Program-made: the position numbers and the translations under genes
The notes under the pieces: generated by a model
What the model saw: the letters and a program-made list of their open reading frames with translations, nothing else
The model's database searches: none
What the model was told of the DNA's origin: nothing
Source: Planctomycetota bacterium
GTDB lineage: Bacteria; Planctomycetota; UBA1135; UBA2386
NCBI GenBank assembly: GCA_046290465.1
Contig: JBKAGP010000001.1
Coordinates: forward strand, 2,816,001-2,880,000
Length of the DNA: 64,000 nucleotides
Direction: 5' to 3'
Shown here: in pieces, positions 21,007-30,537 of the stretch
How the letters are laid out: each line of letters starts with the position of its first letter
Position numbering within the stretch: the stretch's first letter is position 1

Positions 21007-21507
21007 CTACCAACCCCACGTGCCCGGCGCGCCCTTGAAGCCGCGCTCACCGCCCTGGATCCAGCTGGTGATCCAGCCACCGTAGAAGTCGCCGGCCTGC
21101 CGCACGACCCGTTCGCCGTCGACCTCGCACAGGTCGAGCTGCGCCGCGTAGAAGGCCAGATGGCCGCGCAGCGCCGCAAACGTGCGCCGCGGCGCCTCGT
21201 AGGTCCAGGCGACCGCCTGCAGCGGGCGCTGCCCGGGCAACTGCAGGTCGAGGTAGCTCGCCAGCCCCTTCCACTCACAGGCCGTCACCTGCCGGCGGCT
21301 CGGCCGCAGCGCGGCGCGCGCGGCGCCGGTCAGCGACGCCAGCGGCAGGTAGTAGGTCGGCGGGTGCGAGGTCTCGAGCACCCGGTAGGCCTCGGTCGCC
21401 TGGACCAGCTCGATGCCCGCGTGTTCGATCCGGACGCTGCCGGCGAACCGCTCCAGCCGTGGCGGCCGCGGGTAGTCCCAGACATTCTCCTTCACACGGT
21501 GCCGCAT
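21007..21507 (-). CDS. DUF427 domain protein
   Basis: ENVWDYPRPP, VLETSHPPTYYLP, CEWKG, FYGGWITS, FKGAPGTWGW. Confidence 0.88.
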   Translation of the reverse strand: MRHRVKENVWDYPRPPRLERFAGSVRIEHAGIELVQATEAYRVLETSHPPTYYLPLASLTGAARAALRPSRRQVTACEWKGLASYLDLQLPGQRPLQAVAWTYEAPRRTFAALRGHLAFYAAQLDLCEVDGERVVRQAGDFYGGWITSWIQGGERGFKGAPGTWGW

Positions 21508-21575
21508 GACCCCGCATCTTCGTTCCGGAGCTGCCAACGGATGCACCAAACTGCGAACATCCTACGATTGGCGGC

Positions 21576-21764
21576 ATGCGTGACGAGGCGAGCTACGTGT
21601 GCGACTCGTGCGGCGAGGACATCGTCGTGCCGATCGACTGGTCGGGCGGCGCGCGGCAGAGCTACGTCGAGGACTGCCCGGTCTGCTGCAACCCCAACGT
21701 GATCCACGTCGAGCTCGACCACGGCGAGGCCTACGTGCGCAGCGAGCCCGAACAGGATCGCTGA
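21576..21764 (+). CDS. CPXCG-motif cysteine-rich protein
   Basis: CDSCGE...QSYVEDCPVCCNP. Confidence 0.85.
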   Translation: MRDEASYVCDSCGEDIVVPIDWSGGARQSYVEDCPVCCNPNVIHVELDHGEAYVRSEPEQDR

Positions 21765-21768
21765 GCGC

Positions 21769-22638
21769 TCACCGCCGCCACAGCTGCCGCGCCAGCAGGC
21801 GGACCGACTCGACCGGGTCGTCGCGCAGCGTCGCGCGAAGCCGGGCGTCGACCGGCCACGACGTCCGCCAGCGCTGCAGCACCTCGAAGCGGACCACCGG
21901 GTCGGCGTCCCGCAGGCCGACGCGTGCGTCGTACGGCCCGAACTCCGGCAGCCGCGCTTGCAGCATGCCGACGTGCAGCGTGCGCCGATCGATCGCGTCT
22001 CCGCGCAGCGCCTCCTGCAGGGGCTTGCCGAGCACCTCGTCGAACGCCTCCGGCGCCGGCGCGGCACCCGACCGTTCGCCGCCGATGGCGAGCCACTCGG
22101 ACATCGCCGCCACCCGCTGCTGCTGCTCCAGCGCCTGCGCCGCCTCGACCTCGCGACGATACTGCTCGTCGAGCTCGGCACGCTGTTCTGCGGTCAACGG
22201 CGGCTGGTGCGCCGGCAGGTCGAACAGCGAACGCCCGAGCCACGAGCCGGTGAATGCCACCGGCGTCCACACGGCGCGGAACGGCAGCCACGCCAGCTCG
22301 GTATAGTCGGACTCTTCGAAGTCGAACGACTCGTCGCGCCAGACCAGACCGGCGTCGTTCCAGGCGTCGTCGACGACCTGGATCGGATGCGCGACCAGCG
22401 TGTCGGTCAGGATCGCGCCGAGGCCGATCGGCACGGTCACCGGCAGCGTCGCGAAGAACCAGCCGTCGCCCTCGGGCACGACGTTCTGCTCGAACGCGTT
22501 CCAGACCGGCCGGTTGTCGGGGTTGGACCAGGCGCACGATGACAGCGACAGCAGCGCGCCCGACAAGATGAGGCGATGCCAAAGGAGGCGATACCAGACG
22601 CAACGACGCCTGACGACAGGATGCAGCAACGCCTTCAT
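21769..22638 (-). CDS. Hypothetical lipoprotein with C-terminal HEAT-like repeats
   Basis: Lipobox LSSC; LRDADPVVRFE and LRDDPVESVRL repeats. Confidence 0.65.
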   Translation of the reverse strand: MKALLHPVVRRRCVWYRLLWHRLILSGALLSLSSCAWSNPDNRPVWNAFEQNVVPEGDGWFFATLPVTVPIGLGAILTDTLVAHPIQVVDDAWNDAGLVWRDESFDFEESDYTELAWLPFRAVWTPVAFTGSWLGRSLFDLPAHQPPLTAEQRAELDEQYRREVEAAQALEQQQRVAAMSEWLAIGGERSGAAPAPEAFDEVLGKPLQEALRGDAIDRRTLHVGMLQARLPEFGPYDARVGLRDADPVVRFEVLQRWRTSWPVDARLRATLRDDPVESVRLLARQLWRR

Positions 22639-23126
22639 CGCGTCCCCTCCCGTGCTTCGCCGGACTGGCCACCGGACTCGTCACCGGCGCGATCGCCGAC
22701 CGGCTCGTCGTCGTTGGCGTAGTCGTCGTCGGCGTAGTCGTGGTCGTCGATGTCGAACACCGAACGGAACACCCAGTCGACGCCGAACACGACCGGCGTC
22801 GCCAGCGCCGACAACGGCGTCAGCAGCACGGTGCGGAAGTTGGAGTCGTGGTCGAACTCCCACAGCAGATCGGCCGTGTCCCACCACGCATCGTCGAGCT
22901 GCGACAGCGGGTGCACGACGACCGCGTCGGCCGCGCCCGCGACCAGGCCGACCGGCAGCGCGATCGGCGCCGCCAGCCAGCGCCCCGTCTCGCTCGACGG
23001 AGCGACGTGTTCGTCCAGCTGGTTGAGCAGCAGGCGGCGATCGGGATTGGCGATCGCGCAGCTCGCCAGCGAGGCCAGAACGAGCATCGCCGCGCATCGG
23101 TTCATTCGCGACTGGTGGTTCTTCAC
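22635..23126 (-). CDS. Hypothetical lipoprotein, paralog of the downstream gene
   Basis: Lipobox LASC; shares NPD.R, P.G, HP...DDAW motifs with 21769-22638. Confidence 0.65.
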   Translation of the reverse strand: MKNHQSRMNRCAAMLVLASLASCAIANPDRRLLLNQLDEHVAPSSETGRWLAAPIALPVGLVAGAADAVVVHPLSQLDDAWWDTADLLWEFDHDSNFRTVLLTPLSALATPVVFGVDWVFRSVFDIDDHDYADDDYANDDEPVGDRAGDESGGQSGEAREGTR

Positions 23127-23293
23127 GACGCGAGCCTACGCGACAGAACCTGCGCGAAGAAGTGATCCGCGCCGCGATCCGGCCCGTTGACAGGATGCAT
23201 CGGGCCACCGCGGTTGCGCGGCGACGACGCCGTGCGGGTTGGCCCGAACGCACACGAACGCGCGCCCACGAGAGCGCGCAGGAGAAGTCCCTC

Positions 23294-24817
23294 ATGCAGA
23301 CGTCCGCGCTACCGGTCCGTACCCACCGCTTCGAGAACGACGAGAGCTTCCAGGAGATGATGGCCGCGCGGCTGCGGCAGTCGCCGTGGCTCTTGCTATC
23401 GGTCGGCGTGCACGCGGTGTTGCTGTTGTTGGTCTGGGTGCTGATCCCTCCCGAGGCGGCCAGGAAGCCGAGCACGCAGATCACGTTACAGCAGCCCGAG
23501 GACAACCCGGTCGAGCCGCCGCCGCCGCCGGAGAAGCCGGAGGTCAAGCCCGAGGTCGACCCGGACGTCACACCGATCGACGATCCGGTCGTCAACGAGA
23601 ACCCGGTCGAGAGCGACAACCCGTCGGACGCGGACAGCTCCGACATGTCGACCGAATCGGCGTTCACGTCGGACCAGTGGAACACGGCGCTCGGCATGGG
23701 CGGCGGCGCCGCCGGTCCCTACGGCAACCGCGGCACCGGCGGCGGCGGCGGCAGCGGCGGACACCGTCCGATCCCGACCGTGCAGCGCGGGCTCGAGTGG
23801 CTCGCCGCGCACCAGGACGAGGACGGTCGCTGGGACGCCGACGGCTTCATGAAGCACGACGACCCGGCGCTGGCGCCGTGTGACGGGCCCGGCAACGGCG
23901 CGCACGACGTCGGCTGCACTGGCCTTGCGCTGCTCGCGTTCCTCGGCGAGAACAACACGACCAAGTCGGGCCCCTACAAGGACAACGTGCGCCGCGGCAT
24001 CAACTGGCTGCGCAGCCAGCAGGACCCGACCACCGGCCTGTTCGGCGGCAGGACCACGCACGACTTCATCTACGACCACGCGATCGCCGCCTACGCGATG
24101 TGCGAGGCGTTCGGCCTGTCGGACTCGAAGGTGCTGAAGAAGTTCGCGCAGCGCGGCATCGACTACCTCGAGGCGCACCGCAACGGCTACTCCGTGTGGC
24201 GCTACCAGCCGCAGGACCAGGACAACGACATCTCGGTCACGGGCTGGGCGGTGATGGCCTACAAGTCGGGCAAGTTCTTCGGGCTGACGATCAACGAGGA
24301 CGCGATGAAGAACGCCGCGGTATTCCTCGATCAGGTCAGCGACGGCACCGGCCGCCACGGCTACCAGAAGGCCGGCGAAGGCAGCTCGCGCAAGAAGGGC
24401 GACCACGGCGTGAAGTTCCCGGCCGAGAAGACCCACGCGCTGACCGCGGTCGGCCTGTTCTGCCGGTTTTTCCTCGGCCAGGACCCGAAGGAGACGCCGA
24501 TCATGGGCGCGTCGGCGAAGCTGATGAACACGCTGCCGCCGGTGTGGGACGAGCAGTCCGGCGCGATCGACCACTACTACTGGTACTACGCGACCTACGC
24601 GCTGTTCCAGATGGGCGGCACCGAGTGGCGCCGCTGGCAGAAGGCGATCGACAAGGTCGTGCCCAAGAACCAGCACCAGCAGCGCTCGCAGAAGAACCTC
24701 TACGGCTCGTGGGATCCGGTCGGCGCGTGGGGCGACGACGGCGGCCGCGTCTACTCGACGGCGATCCTGACGCTGACCATGCAGGCCAACTACCGCTACA
24801 CGCCGTTCGTGCGCTGA
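23294..24817 (+). CDS. Membrane-anchored prenyltransferase/squalene-cyclase-repeat protein (copy 2)
   Basis: Long identical blocks with 19386-20918 (HDFIYDHAIAAYAMCEA, IDHYYWYYATYALFQ, GGRVYSTAIL). Confidence 0.85.
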   Translation: MQTSALPVRTHRFENDESFQEMMAARLRQSPWLLLSVGVHAVLLLLVWVLIPPEAARKPSTQITLQQPEDNPVEPPPPPEKPEVKPEVDPDVTPIDDPVVNENPVESDNPSDADSSDMSTESAFTSDQWNTALGMGGGAAGPYGNRGTGGGGGSGGHRPIPTVQRGLEWLAAHQDEDGRWDADGFMKHDDPALAPCDGPGNGAHDVGCTGLALLAFLGENNTTKSGPYKDNVRRGINWLRSQQDPTTGLFGGRTTHDFIYDHAIAAYAMCEAFGLSDSKVLKKFAQRGIDYLEAHRNGYSVWRYQPQDQDNDISVTGWAVMAYKSGKFFGLTINEDAMKNAAVFLDQVSDGTGRHGYQKAGEGSSRKKGDHGVKFPAEKTHALTAVGLFCRFFLGQDPKETPIMGASAKLMNTLPPVWDEQSGAIDHYYWYYATYALFQMGGTEWRRWQKAIDKVVPKNQHQQRSQKNLYGSWDPVGAWGDDGGRVYSTAILTLTMQANYRYTPFVR

Positions 24818-25070
24818 CGCGCGAACGGTCTCGCGTCGGGACGCCGTCGCATTCCGGGTCCCGGTGCCCGACCGGAAATGCGGCGGCCGTCCCGAAACGC
24901 GTCACCGGATAAACCCCGATTCCACCCCGACATGCGCCCTTGCCACCGGGGCGCCGCGCGATCGCCTCGGAAGTTTCCTGAAGTAGGACTCAAGCGATTG
25001 CCGATGGGTTTGGCAACAGGGTGCCGGACCTACCGCCGCGGCGCCCAAGCCAAGAGATCGAGGAGGACTG

Positions 25071-25901
25071 ATGGGCCTGCGGGTCAATTCGAATATCGCA
25101 TCCCTGAACGCACAGCGCTCGCTGTCGACGACGACCGAGCGCCTGCAGGCGAACTACCGCCGCCTGTCGACGGGTCTGCGAATCTCCACCGCGTCGGACG
25201 ACGCCGCCGGTCTCGCGATCTCGGAGCGCTTCCGCGCCCAGATCCGTTCGACCAACCAGGCGATCCGGAACGCACAGGACGGCATCTCGCTGACGCAGAC
25301 CGGGGAAGGCGCGCTGAACGAGGTCAGCTCGATCCTGATCCGAATGCGAGAACTGTCGATCCAGGCGAGCAACGGCACGGTCAGCGACGCCGACAAGGCG
25401 ACGCTCAACCAGGAGTTCGCCGACCTGATCAACGAGATCGACCGGATCGCGCAGTCGACCACGTTCAACGGCGTGCGGCTGCTCGACGGCACCGGCTCGA
25501 CGCTGACCTTCCAGGTCGGCACCGGCACGACCAGCGGCATCGACACGATCCAGCTGAGCACGTCGGACACGCTGGCGTCGACGCTCGGCCTGTCGACGCT
25601 CGACATCGGCTCCGGCGGCGCGCCGACCCTCGCGGTCTCGCTGCTCGACGACGCGATCAACGCGGTCAGCCGCGTGCGCGGCCAGTTCGGCGCGGCCCAG
25701 AACCGCCTGTCGACGACGATCGCCAACCTGCAGATCCAGTCCGAGAACCTGAGCGCGGCCGAGTCCCGCATCCGCGACGTCGACGTCGCCGTCGAGACCT
25801 CGGCGCTGACCAGGAACTCGATCCTGCAGCAGGCCGCGATCTCGATCCTGGCCCAGGCCAACACGCAGCCGCAGGCCGCCCTGACGCTGCTGCAGGGCTA
25901 A
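25071..25901 (+). CDS. fliC: Flagellin (minimal, 276 aa)
   Basis: RVNSNIASLNAQR, RLSTGLRI..ASDDAAGLAIS, GAAQNRL, ENLSAAESRIRDVDVA; RBS GAGGAGG. Confidence 0.97.
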   Translation: MGLRVNSNIASLNAQRSLSTTTERLQANYRRLSTGLRISTASDDAAGLAISERFRAQIRSTNQAIRNAQDGISLTQTGEGALNEVSSILIRMRELSIQASNGTVSDADKATLNQEFADLINEIDRIAQSTTFNGVRLLDGTGSTLTFQVGTGTTSGIDTIQLSTSDTLASTLGLSTLDIGSGGAPTLAVSLLDDAINAVSRVRGQFGAAQNRLSTTIANLQIQSENLSAAESRIRDVDVAVETSALTRNSILQQAAISILAQANTQPQAALTLLQG

Positions 25902-25930
25902 GCCGCCCTAGCTCGCGCGGGTGCGCGCGA

Positions 25931-26194
25931 TCAGCTCATCGCGTTGACCGCCTTCATCGCCAGGCCCTTGCGGCGCGAGGCGGTGTGGCGGTGGATGACG
26001 TTCTGCTTGGCCGCCTTGTCGATGCACTTGCAGACCAGCGTCAGCATCTCCTGCGCCTTGCTCTTGTCGCCGGCTTCGACCGCGGCGAACAGCTTCTTGG
26101 TCTCGGTCTTCATGCGGCTCATCCGCGCCTTGTTGTCGACGCGCTTCTTCTCGGTCGTGCGGATGCGCTTGATCGCTTGCTTGCTGTGGGCCAT
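25931..26194 (-). CDS. rpsT: 30S ribosomal protein S20
   Basis: MAHSKQAIKRIR...IDKAAKQNVIHRHTASRRK. Confidence 0.95.
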   Translation of the reverse strand: MAHSKQAIKRIRTTEKKRVDNKARMSRMKTETKKLFAAVEAGDKSKAQEMLTLVCKCIDKAAKQNVIHRHTASRRKGLAMKAVNAMS

Positions 26195-26265
26195 CGCTTG
26201 GTTTCTCGGCTCTATCTCTGACTAAGGGAGGTTGGGTTGAGGCAATCGTGGGTGCGCCGGGCGGA

Positions 26266-27594
26266 TCAGCCCTTCAGCGCCTCCACCTTCTTGGCGACAT
26301 CGCGGAAGCCGATGTCTTGTTCGAGGATCTTGGTGAAGTGGCGCAGGGCGTCGTCGTTCTTGCCCTGGGCCTCGCAGATGACGCCCATCTCGTAGAGCGC
26401 CTCCTTCTGCCGTGCGCCGCCCGCCGCCAGCGCCTTCTCGTACTGGCCGAGGGCGAGGTCGTGCAGGTCCTTCTGCTGGAACGCCTGCCCGAGCAGGAAC
26501 GTCGCGTCGGTCTTCTTGCGCGGGTCCTTGACGGCCTGCTGCAGCTCGGCGATCGCGTCGTCGAGCTCGCCGGCCTCGAGCAGGCCGGCGCCCAGGTCGA
26601 AGCGGGCCCCGAGGTCCGACGGGTTGCGCTCGACGCGACGGCGGGCCTCGCCGACGCGCAGCTGGCCGAGCGCCTGACGGGCGCGGTTGGCCGCCGCCTC
26701 GTCGCCGCGCTTCAGCGCCTTCTGCACCATCTGCTCCTGCAGACGGATGCGCAGGTCGCTGGCGACCTCGAGCAGTTCGCCGTCGTCCGGGTTCTTCTGC
26801 AGCAGCTGCTCGATCAGGTCGAGCGCGCCGCGCAGGTCCTTGGCCATCTCGCGCAGCCGCGCGCAGCGGCGCAGCAGCTTCTCGTCGCCGGGGGTCTCCT
26901 GCAGCTGGTTCTCCAGCTGCTGGAGCTCCTCCTCGACCTCCTCGGCCGACAGCTGCAGGCGCTCCTGGCGCTCGAGCTGCTTCTGCCGGGTCTTGTCCTT
27001 GATCAGGTCGCGCGAACTCTCGGCCTTCTCGATGCCGGTGCTCGCCAGCGCGCCCTCGGCCGCGAGGTTCTTGCGCGCCTTCAGCGACTCCTGGTCGCGC
27101 GGGTCGACCTTGAGCGCCTGCTCATACATCTCGAGGGCTTCGTTGAGCTTGCCGTGCTCGTAGTAGAGCGCGCCGGCCGCGCGGCAGGCTTCGAGGCAGC
27201 GCGGCTGCACCTCGGCGTAGGCCGCGTAGACCGCCAGCGCCGACCGGGTGTGGCCGGCCCGCTCGAGCGAGTTGCCGAGCTTGAGGTTGGCTCCCTCGGC
27301 CGCCGGATCGAACGTCAGGTAACGCTCGTACGACTTCGCCGCGCCGCCGTGCGCGCCGACCAGACGCTGCAGGCCACCGACCAGCAGGTTGACCCCGCCG
27401 AACAGCATCGCCGTCAACTTCGACGGCGGCTTCTGCGCGGCCTTCTGGAACAGCGCCTTGCGCAGTCCGGCGCGGGCCTCGCCGAAGTCCGGCTGGATCG
27501 ACAGCACCTGGCCGTAGATCTTGACGGCCATCGCGTAGTTGCGTCGCTTGACGGCGTCGGCCGCCTGCTCGAGGTACTTGCTGAGATCCACCAT
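26266..27594 (-). CDS. Tetratricopeptide repeat protein
   Basis: Repeated TPR-like helices (EALEMYEQALKVDP, DDAIAELQQAVKDP). Confidence 0.85.
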   Translation of the reverse strand: MVDLSKYLEQAADAVKRRNYAMAVKIYGQVLSIQPDFGEARAGLRKALFQKAAQKPPSKLTAMLFGGVNLLVGGLQRLVGAHGGAAKSYERYLTFDPAAEGANLKLGNSLERAGHTRSALAVYAAYAEVQPRCLEACRAAGALYYEHGKLNEALEMYEQALKVDPRDQESLKARKNLAAEGALASTGIEKAESSRDLIKDKTRQKQLERQERLQLSAEEVEEELQQLENQLQETPGDEKLLRRCARLREMAKDLRGALDLIEQLLQKNPDDGELLEVASDLRIRLQEQMVQKALKRGDEAAANRARQALGQLRVGEARRRVERNPSDLGARFDLGAGLLEAGELDDAIAELQQAVKDPRKKTDATFLLGQAFQQKDLHDLALGQYEKALAAGGARQKEALYEMGVICEAQGKNDDALRHFTKILEQDIGFRDVAKKVEALKG

Positions 27595-27766
27595 GGAGGT
27601 CTAGGGAACGCCCGCCCGCCGCGGGGCTGCCAGGCCGTCGAACGGGGTCCCGGCGAGTGGGCCGGGATTCGGGTCCGGGGACTGCTTGACGCGGGCGAAA
27701 GGGCGGAACAATCTACCGTCCGAGCCCGGGCCCCGCAACGTGGCTCCGGCCCCGACCGCAAATCCC

Positions 27767-28279
27767 ATGGAAGTCCTGATCTACCCCGACCCGATCCTTC
27801 GCCGCGGCGGCCAGCCGATCACCGAATTCGACCAGGACCTGGCCGACCTGGCCGACCGGATGATGGCGGCGATGTACGAGGAGGGCGGCGTCGGCCTGGC
27901 TGCCCCCCAGGTCGGCATCGAGCAGAAGCTGCTGGTGCTCAACCCCAGTGGCAGCAAGGACGACCGCTCGGGTGAACGGGTGCTCTGCAACCCCAAGATC
28001 GTGCGCAAGAAGAAGTGGGAGTTCGGTGAGGAGGGCTGTTTGTCGTTCCCGGGCATCCAGGCCGAGGTCGAGCGCTCGGTCGAGATCACGGTCGCCTACC
28101 AGGACCTGAAGGGCGAGGAGCAGCAGCTCAAGTGCGACGGCTGGCTGGCCCGGATCGTGCAGCACGAGATCGACCACCTCGAGGGGGTGTTTTTCGTCGA
28201 TCGCCTGACCGCAACCGAGAAGCTGCGGGTCAAGCAGCAGCTGCTCAGGCTCGAAGACGACTTCAAGGCCCGCGCCTGA
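27767..28279 (+). CDS. def: Peptide deformylase
   Basis: GVGLAAPQVG, EGCLS, QHEIDHLEG. Confidence 0.97.
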   Translation: MEVLIYPDPILRRGGQPITEFDQDLADLADRMMAAMYEEGGVGLAAPQVGIEQKLLVLNPSGSKDDRSGERVLCNPKIVRKKKWEFGEEGCLSFPGIQAEVERSVEITVAYQDLKGEEQQLKCDGWLARIVQHEIDHLEGVFFVDRLTATEKLRVKQQLLRLEDDFKARA

Positions 28280-28304
28280 GCTCCCGGGCGACGGCCGCAC
28301 GACC

Positions 28305-29414
28305 ATGAGACTCGTCGAAGGCCTCGACGCGCTGCGCGACCTGGACCTGCTGTCGGTCTACGGCGCCGACTCGTCCGACAGCCACTCGGTGGTCGCCGTC
28401 GGCGTGTTCGACGGGGTGCACCTCGGCCACCACCGGCTGCTGCACCAGCTGCTCGAGATGGCGTCGTCGCTGCAGGGCATGCCGACGGTGGTGACGTTCG
28501 CCAACCACCCGGACCAGGTGCTGCGCGGCGATGCGCCGCCGCTGATCTGCAGCGTGCCGCACCGCCTGCGCCTGCTGCGGCGCGCCGGGGTGCTGCGGCT
28601 GGTGCTGCTGCAGTTCGAGCCGCGCCTGCAGAACATGACTGCCCGCGAGTTCGCCGAGGACGTGCTGATCGGCCGCCTGCGCGCGCGCGGGCTGCTGCTC
28701 GGCTACGACTCGGCGATGGGCAAGGACCGCGAGGGCACGCCCGAACGCTTCGGCGAGCTCGGCCGCGAGCTCGGCTTCGAGGTGCAGAGCGGCCAGCCGT
28801 TCGAGCTGGACGGCAAGCCGGTGTCCTCGACCGCGATCCGCGAGGCGATCGCCGCCGGCGACCTGGCCACCGCGCGCCGCTACCTCGGCCGCTTCCCGGG
28901 CGCGCTCGGCGAGGTCGTGCACGGCGACGCGCGCGGCCGCACGATCGGCTTCCCGACCGCCAACGTCGCGCTGCAGAACGGAGCGCTGCCGCCGACCGGT
29001 GTCTACGCGGTCGAAGCCGTCGTCGACGGCGAGACCTTCGCCGCGGTGGCCAACCTCGGCACGCGCCCAACGTTCGGCGACGGTGAGCCGAGCCTCGAGG
29101 TGCACCTGCTCGACTTCACCGGCGACCTCTACGGCCGCGAGCTCGAGGTGACGTTCCGCCAGGTGCTGCGCGAGGAGCGCCGCTTCGACGGCATCGACGA
29201 GCTCAAGGCGCAGATCGGCCGCGACGTCGCCGCGGCGCGCGCCTGCCTGAAGGCCTGGAGGACCGCTGCTCAATCGAGCAGCTTGGCGACCACCTCGCCG
29301 ACGCGCTCGATCTCGTCGAGGCCGGCCTGCGCGCCGAGCACCTGGTGCAGGTCCTTGACCACCCCGAACGGGTGGCCGCCGAGCAGGATCGGCCGCGCCG
29401 TCTCGTCGCCATAG
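28305..29414 (+). CDS. ribF: Bifunctional riboflavin kinase / FAD synthetase
   Basis: GVFDGVHLGH, VSSTAIR, GRTIGFPTAN, GTRPTF, LEVHLLDF. The last ~48 codons overlap the opposite gene. Confidence 0.93.
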   Translation: MRLVEGLDALRDLDLLSVYGADSSDSHSVVAVGVFDGVHLGHHRLLHQLLEMASSLQGMPTVVTFANHPDQVLRGDAPPLICSVPHRLRLLRRAGVLRLVLLQFEPRLQNMTAREFAEDVLIGRLRARGLLLGYDSAMGKDREGTPERFGELGRELGFEVQSGQPFELDGKPVSSTAIREAIAAGDLATARRYLGRFPGALGEVVHGDARGRTIGFPTANVALQNGALPPTGVYAVEAVVDGETFAAVANLGTRPTFGDGEPSLEVHLLDFTGDLYGRELEVTFRQVLREERRFDGIDELKAQIGRDVAAARACLKAWRTAAQSSSLATTSPTRSISSRPACAPSTWCRSLTTPNGWPPSRIGRAVSSP

Positions 29415-30343
29415 ACCGAACCGCAGACGGCGCGCACCTGCGCGACCGCGTCGCGCACACCGTGCAGGTGCAGCAGCATGCTGGCCGACATCGCGATCGC
29501 GTCGACCTTGCGATCCTGCAGCGCCCAGGCGAGATCGCTCGCCGGCATGTTGGGCCCGAGGTGGTGCACCGCGTAGCCCTCGAGCTGCAGGCGCTGGCCG
29601 ATCATGCGCAGGCCGAGGTCGTGCAGGTTGCCGGCGACGCCCATCGTCATCACGACCTTGGCGTCGGCCGGGGGCCGCGGGATCGCCTCCTGCAGCAGAC
29701 CCAGCGCGCGTTCGACGATCGCGGTGCCGTAGTGCTCGTCGGCGATCGGGATCTCGGCCATCAGCCACATCCGGCCGGCCTCGCGCTGCGCCGGACGCAG
29801 CACGTGGTCCTGGACCTCCTGCACCGGCACGCCTTCCTGCAGCGCGCCGCGCACCAGATCGAGCGCGTCCTCGCCACGGTTCTCGAGATTGGCGAGCAGG
29901 AACCGCATCGCGGCCTCGCCGTGCGGCGCGTCCTTGGACAGCAGCATCGGCAGGTCGGTCGGCGCGTGCTCGAGGCCGTCGGCAGCGGCGGCGACGTGCT
30001 GCCGCACCAGCGCGAACGACTCGCGCGGCATCTCGCGTTCGAGCGTCTTCTCGATCGCCTGCAGCGTCGCCGGCAGGTAGTCGGCCGGCACGTCGCGGTG
30101 ATGGAACGCGACCTTGTACCAACTCAGCACGTCGTGCAGCAGTTCGGGGCGGTCGACCGAGACGCTGGCCGCGATCTGCAGCAGGCGCACCTCGAGATCG
30201 TCGATCGGGAGCGCAAACGTCGCGGGCAGCGCCGCGTCGACCAGCGACGGACGCGCCGCCTGCAGCGTGTGCAGGGTCGCGTTCGCGTAGGCACGCGCCG
30301 ACGAGCGCAGCAGTCCGGCGGTGAAATCCTGGGCCGAGGGCAT
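29270..30343 (-). CDS. Cobalamin-binding protein (CarH/AerR-type B12 module) with N-terminal helical domain, no HTH
   Basis: W-x9-EH (WLMAEIPIADEH), NLHDLG variant of the (D/E)xHxxG motif, LGPNMP, ILLGG. ATG 30343. Confidence 0.85.
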   Translation of the reverse strand: MPSAQDFTAGLLRSSARAYANATLHTLQAARPSLVDAALPATFALPIDDLEVRLLQIAASVSVDRPELLHDVLSWYKVAFHHRDVPADYLPATLQAIEKTLEREMPRESFALVRQHVAAAADGLEHAPTDLPMLLSKDAPHGEAAMRFLLANLENRGEDALDLVRGALQEGVPVQEVQDHVLRPAQREAGRMWLMAEIPIADEHYGTAIVERALGLLQEAIPRPPADAKVVMTMGVAGNLHDLGLRMIGQRLQLEGYAVHHLGPNMPASDLAWALQDRKVDAIAMSASMLLHLHGVRDAVAQVRAVCGSVYGDETARPILLGGHPFGVVKDLHQVLGAQAGLDEIERVGEVVAKLLD

Positions 30344-30358
30344 GCTCGAATTAAAGCC

Positions 30359-30449
30359 TTTCGCGACCTGCAAACCTACGGATGCAGGCAATCCAAACGG
30401 CCGCAAAGCGCGATTCCGCCGTGCATCCGCGGCCTTTTCGATCGCGAAC
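30359..30449. promoter_or_regulatory. Divergent ECF (SigK-like) promoter motifs xxATCC-N15-GCGAxx
   Basis: Minus: GCATCC-N15-GCGAAA (30385-30359). Plus: CAATCC-N15-GCGATT (30389-30415) and GCATCC-N15-GCGAAC (30423-30449). Confidence 0.7.
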
Positions 30450-30537
30450 TCCGCGGCGGCCGGGATCGACCGGCCACGCATTGGAAACGAATCGAGAGAG
30501 AGACCGAGAGAACCCACCGCCCCCTCAGGAGCCAACC

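Noticed and set aside
24979..25025. Sigma28 or sigma54 promoter for flagellin
   Set aside because: GCCGATGG (25000) resembles a sigma28 -10 box but no -35 is at the right spacing. TGGCAACAGGGTGC has a GG-GC spacing one base short for sigma54.
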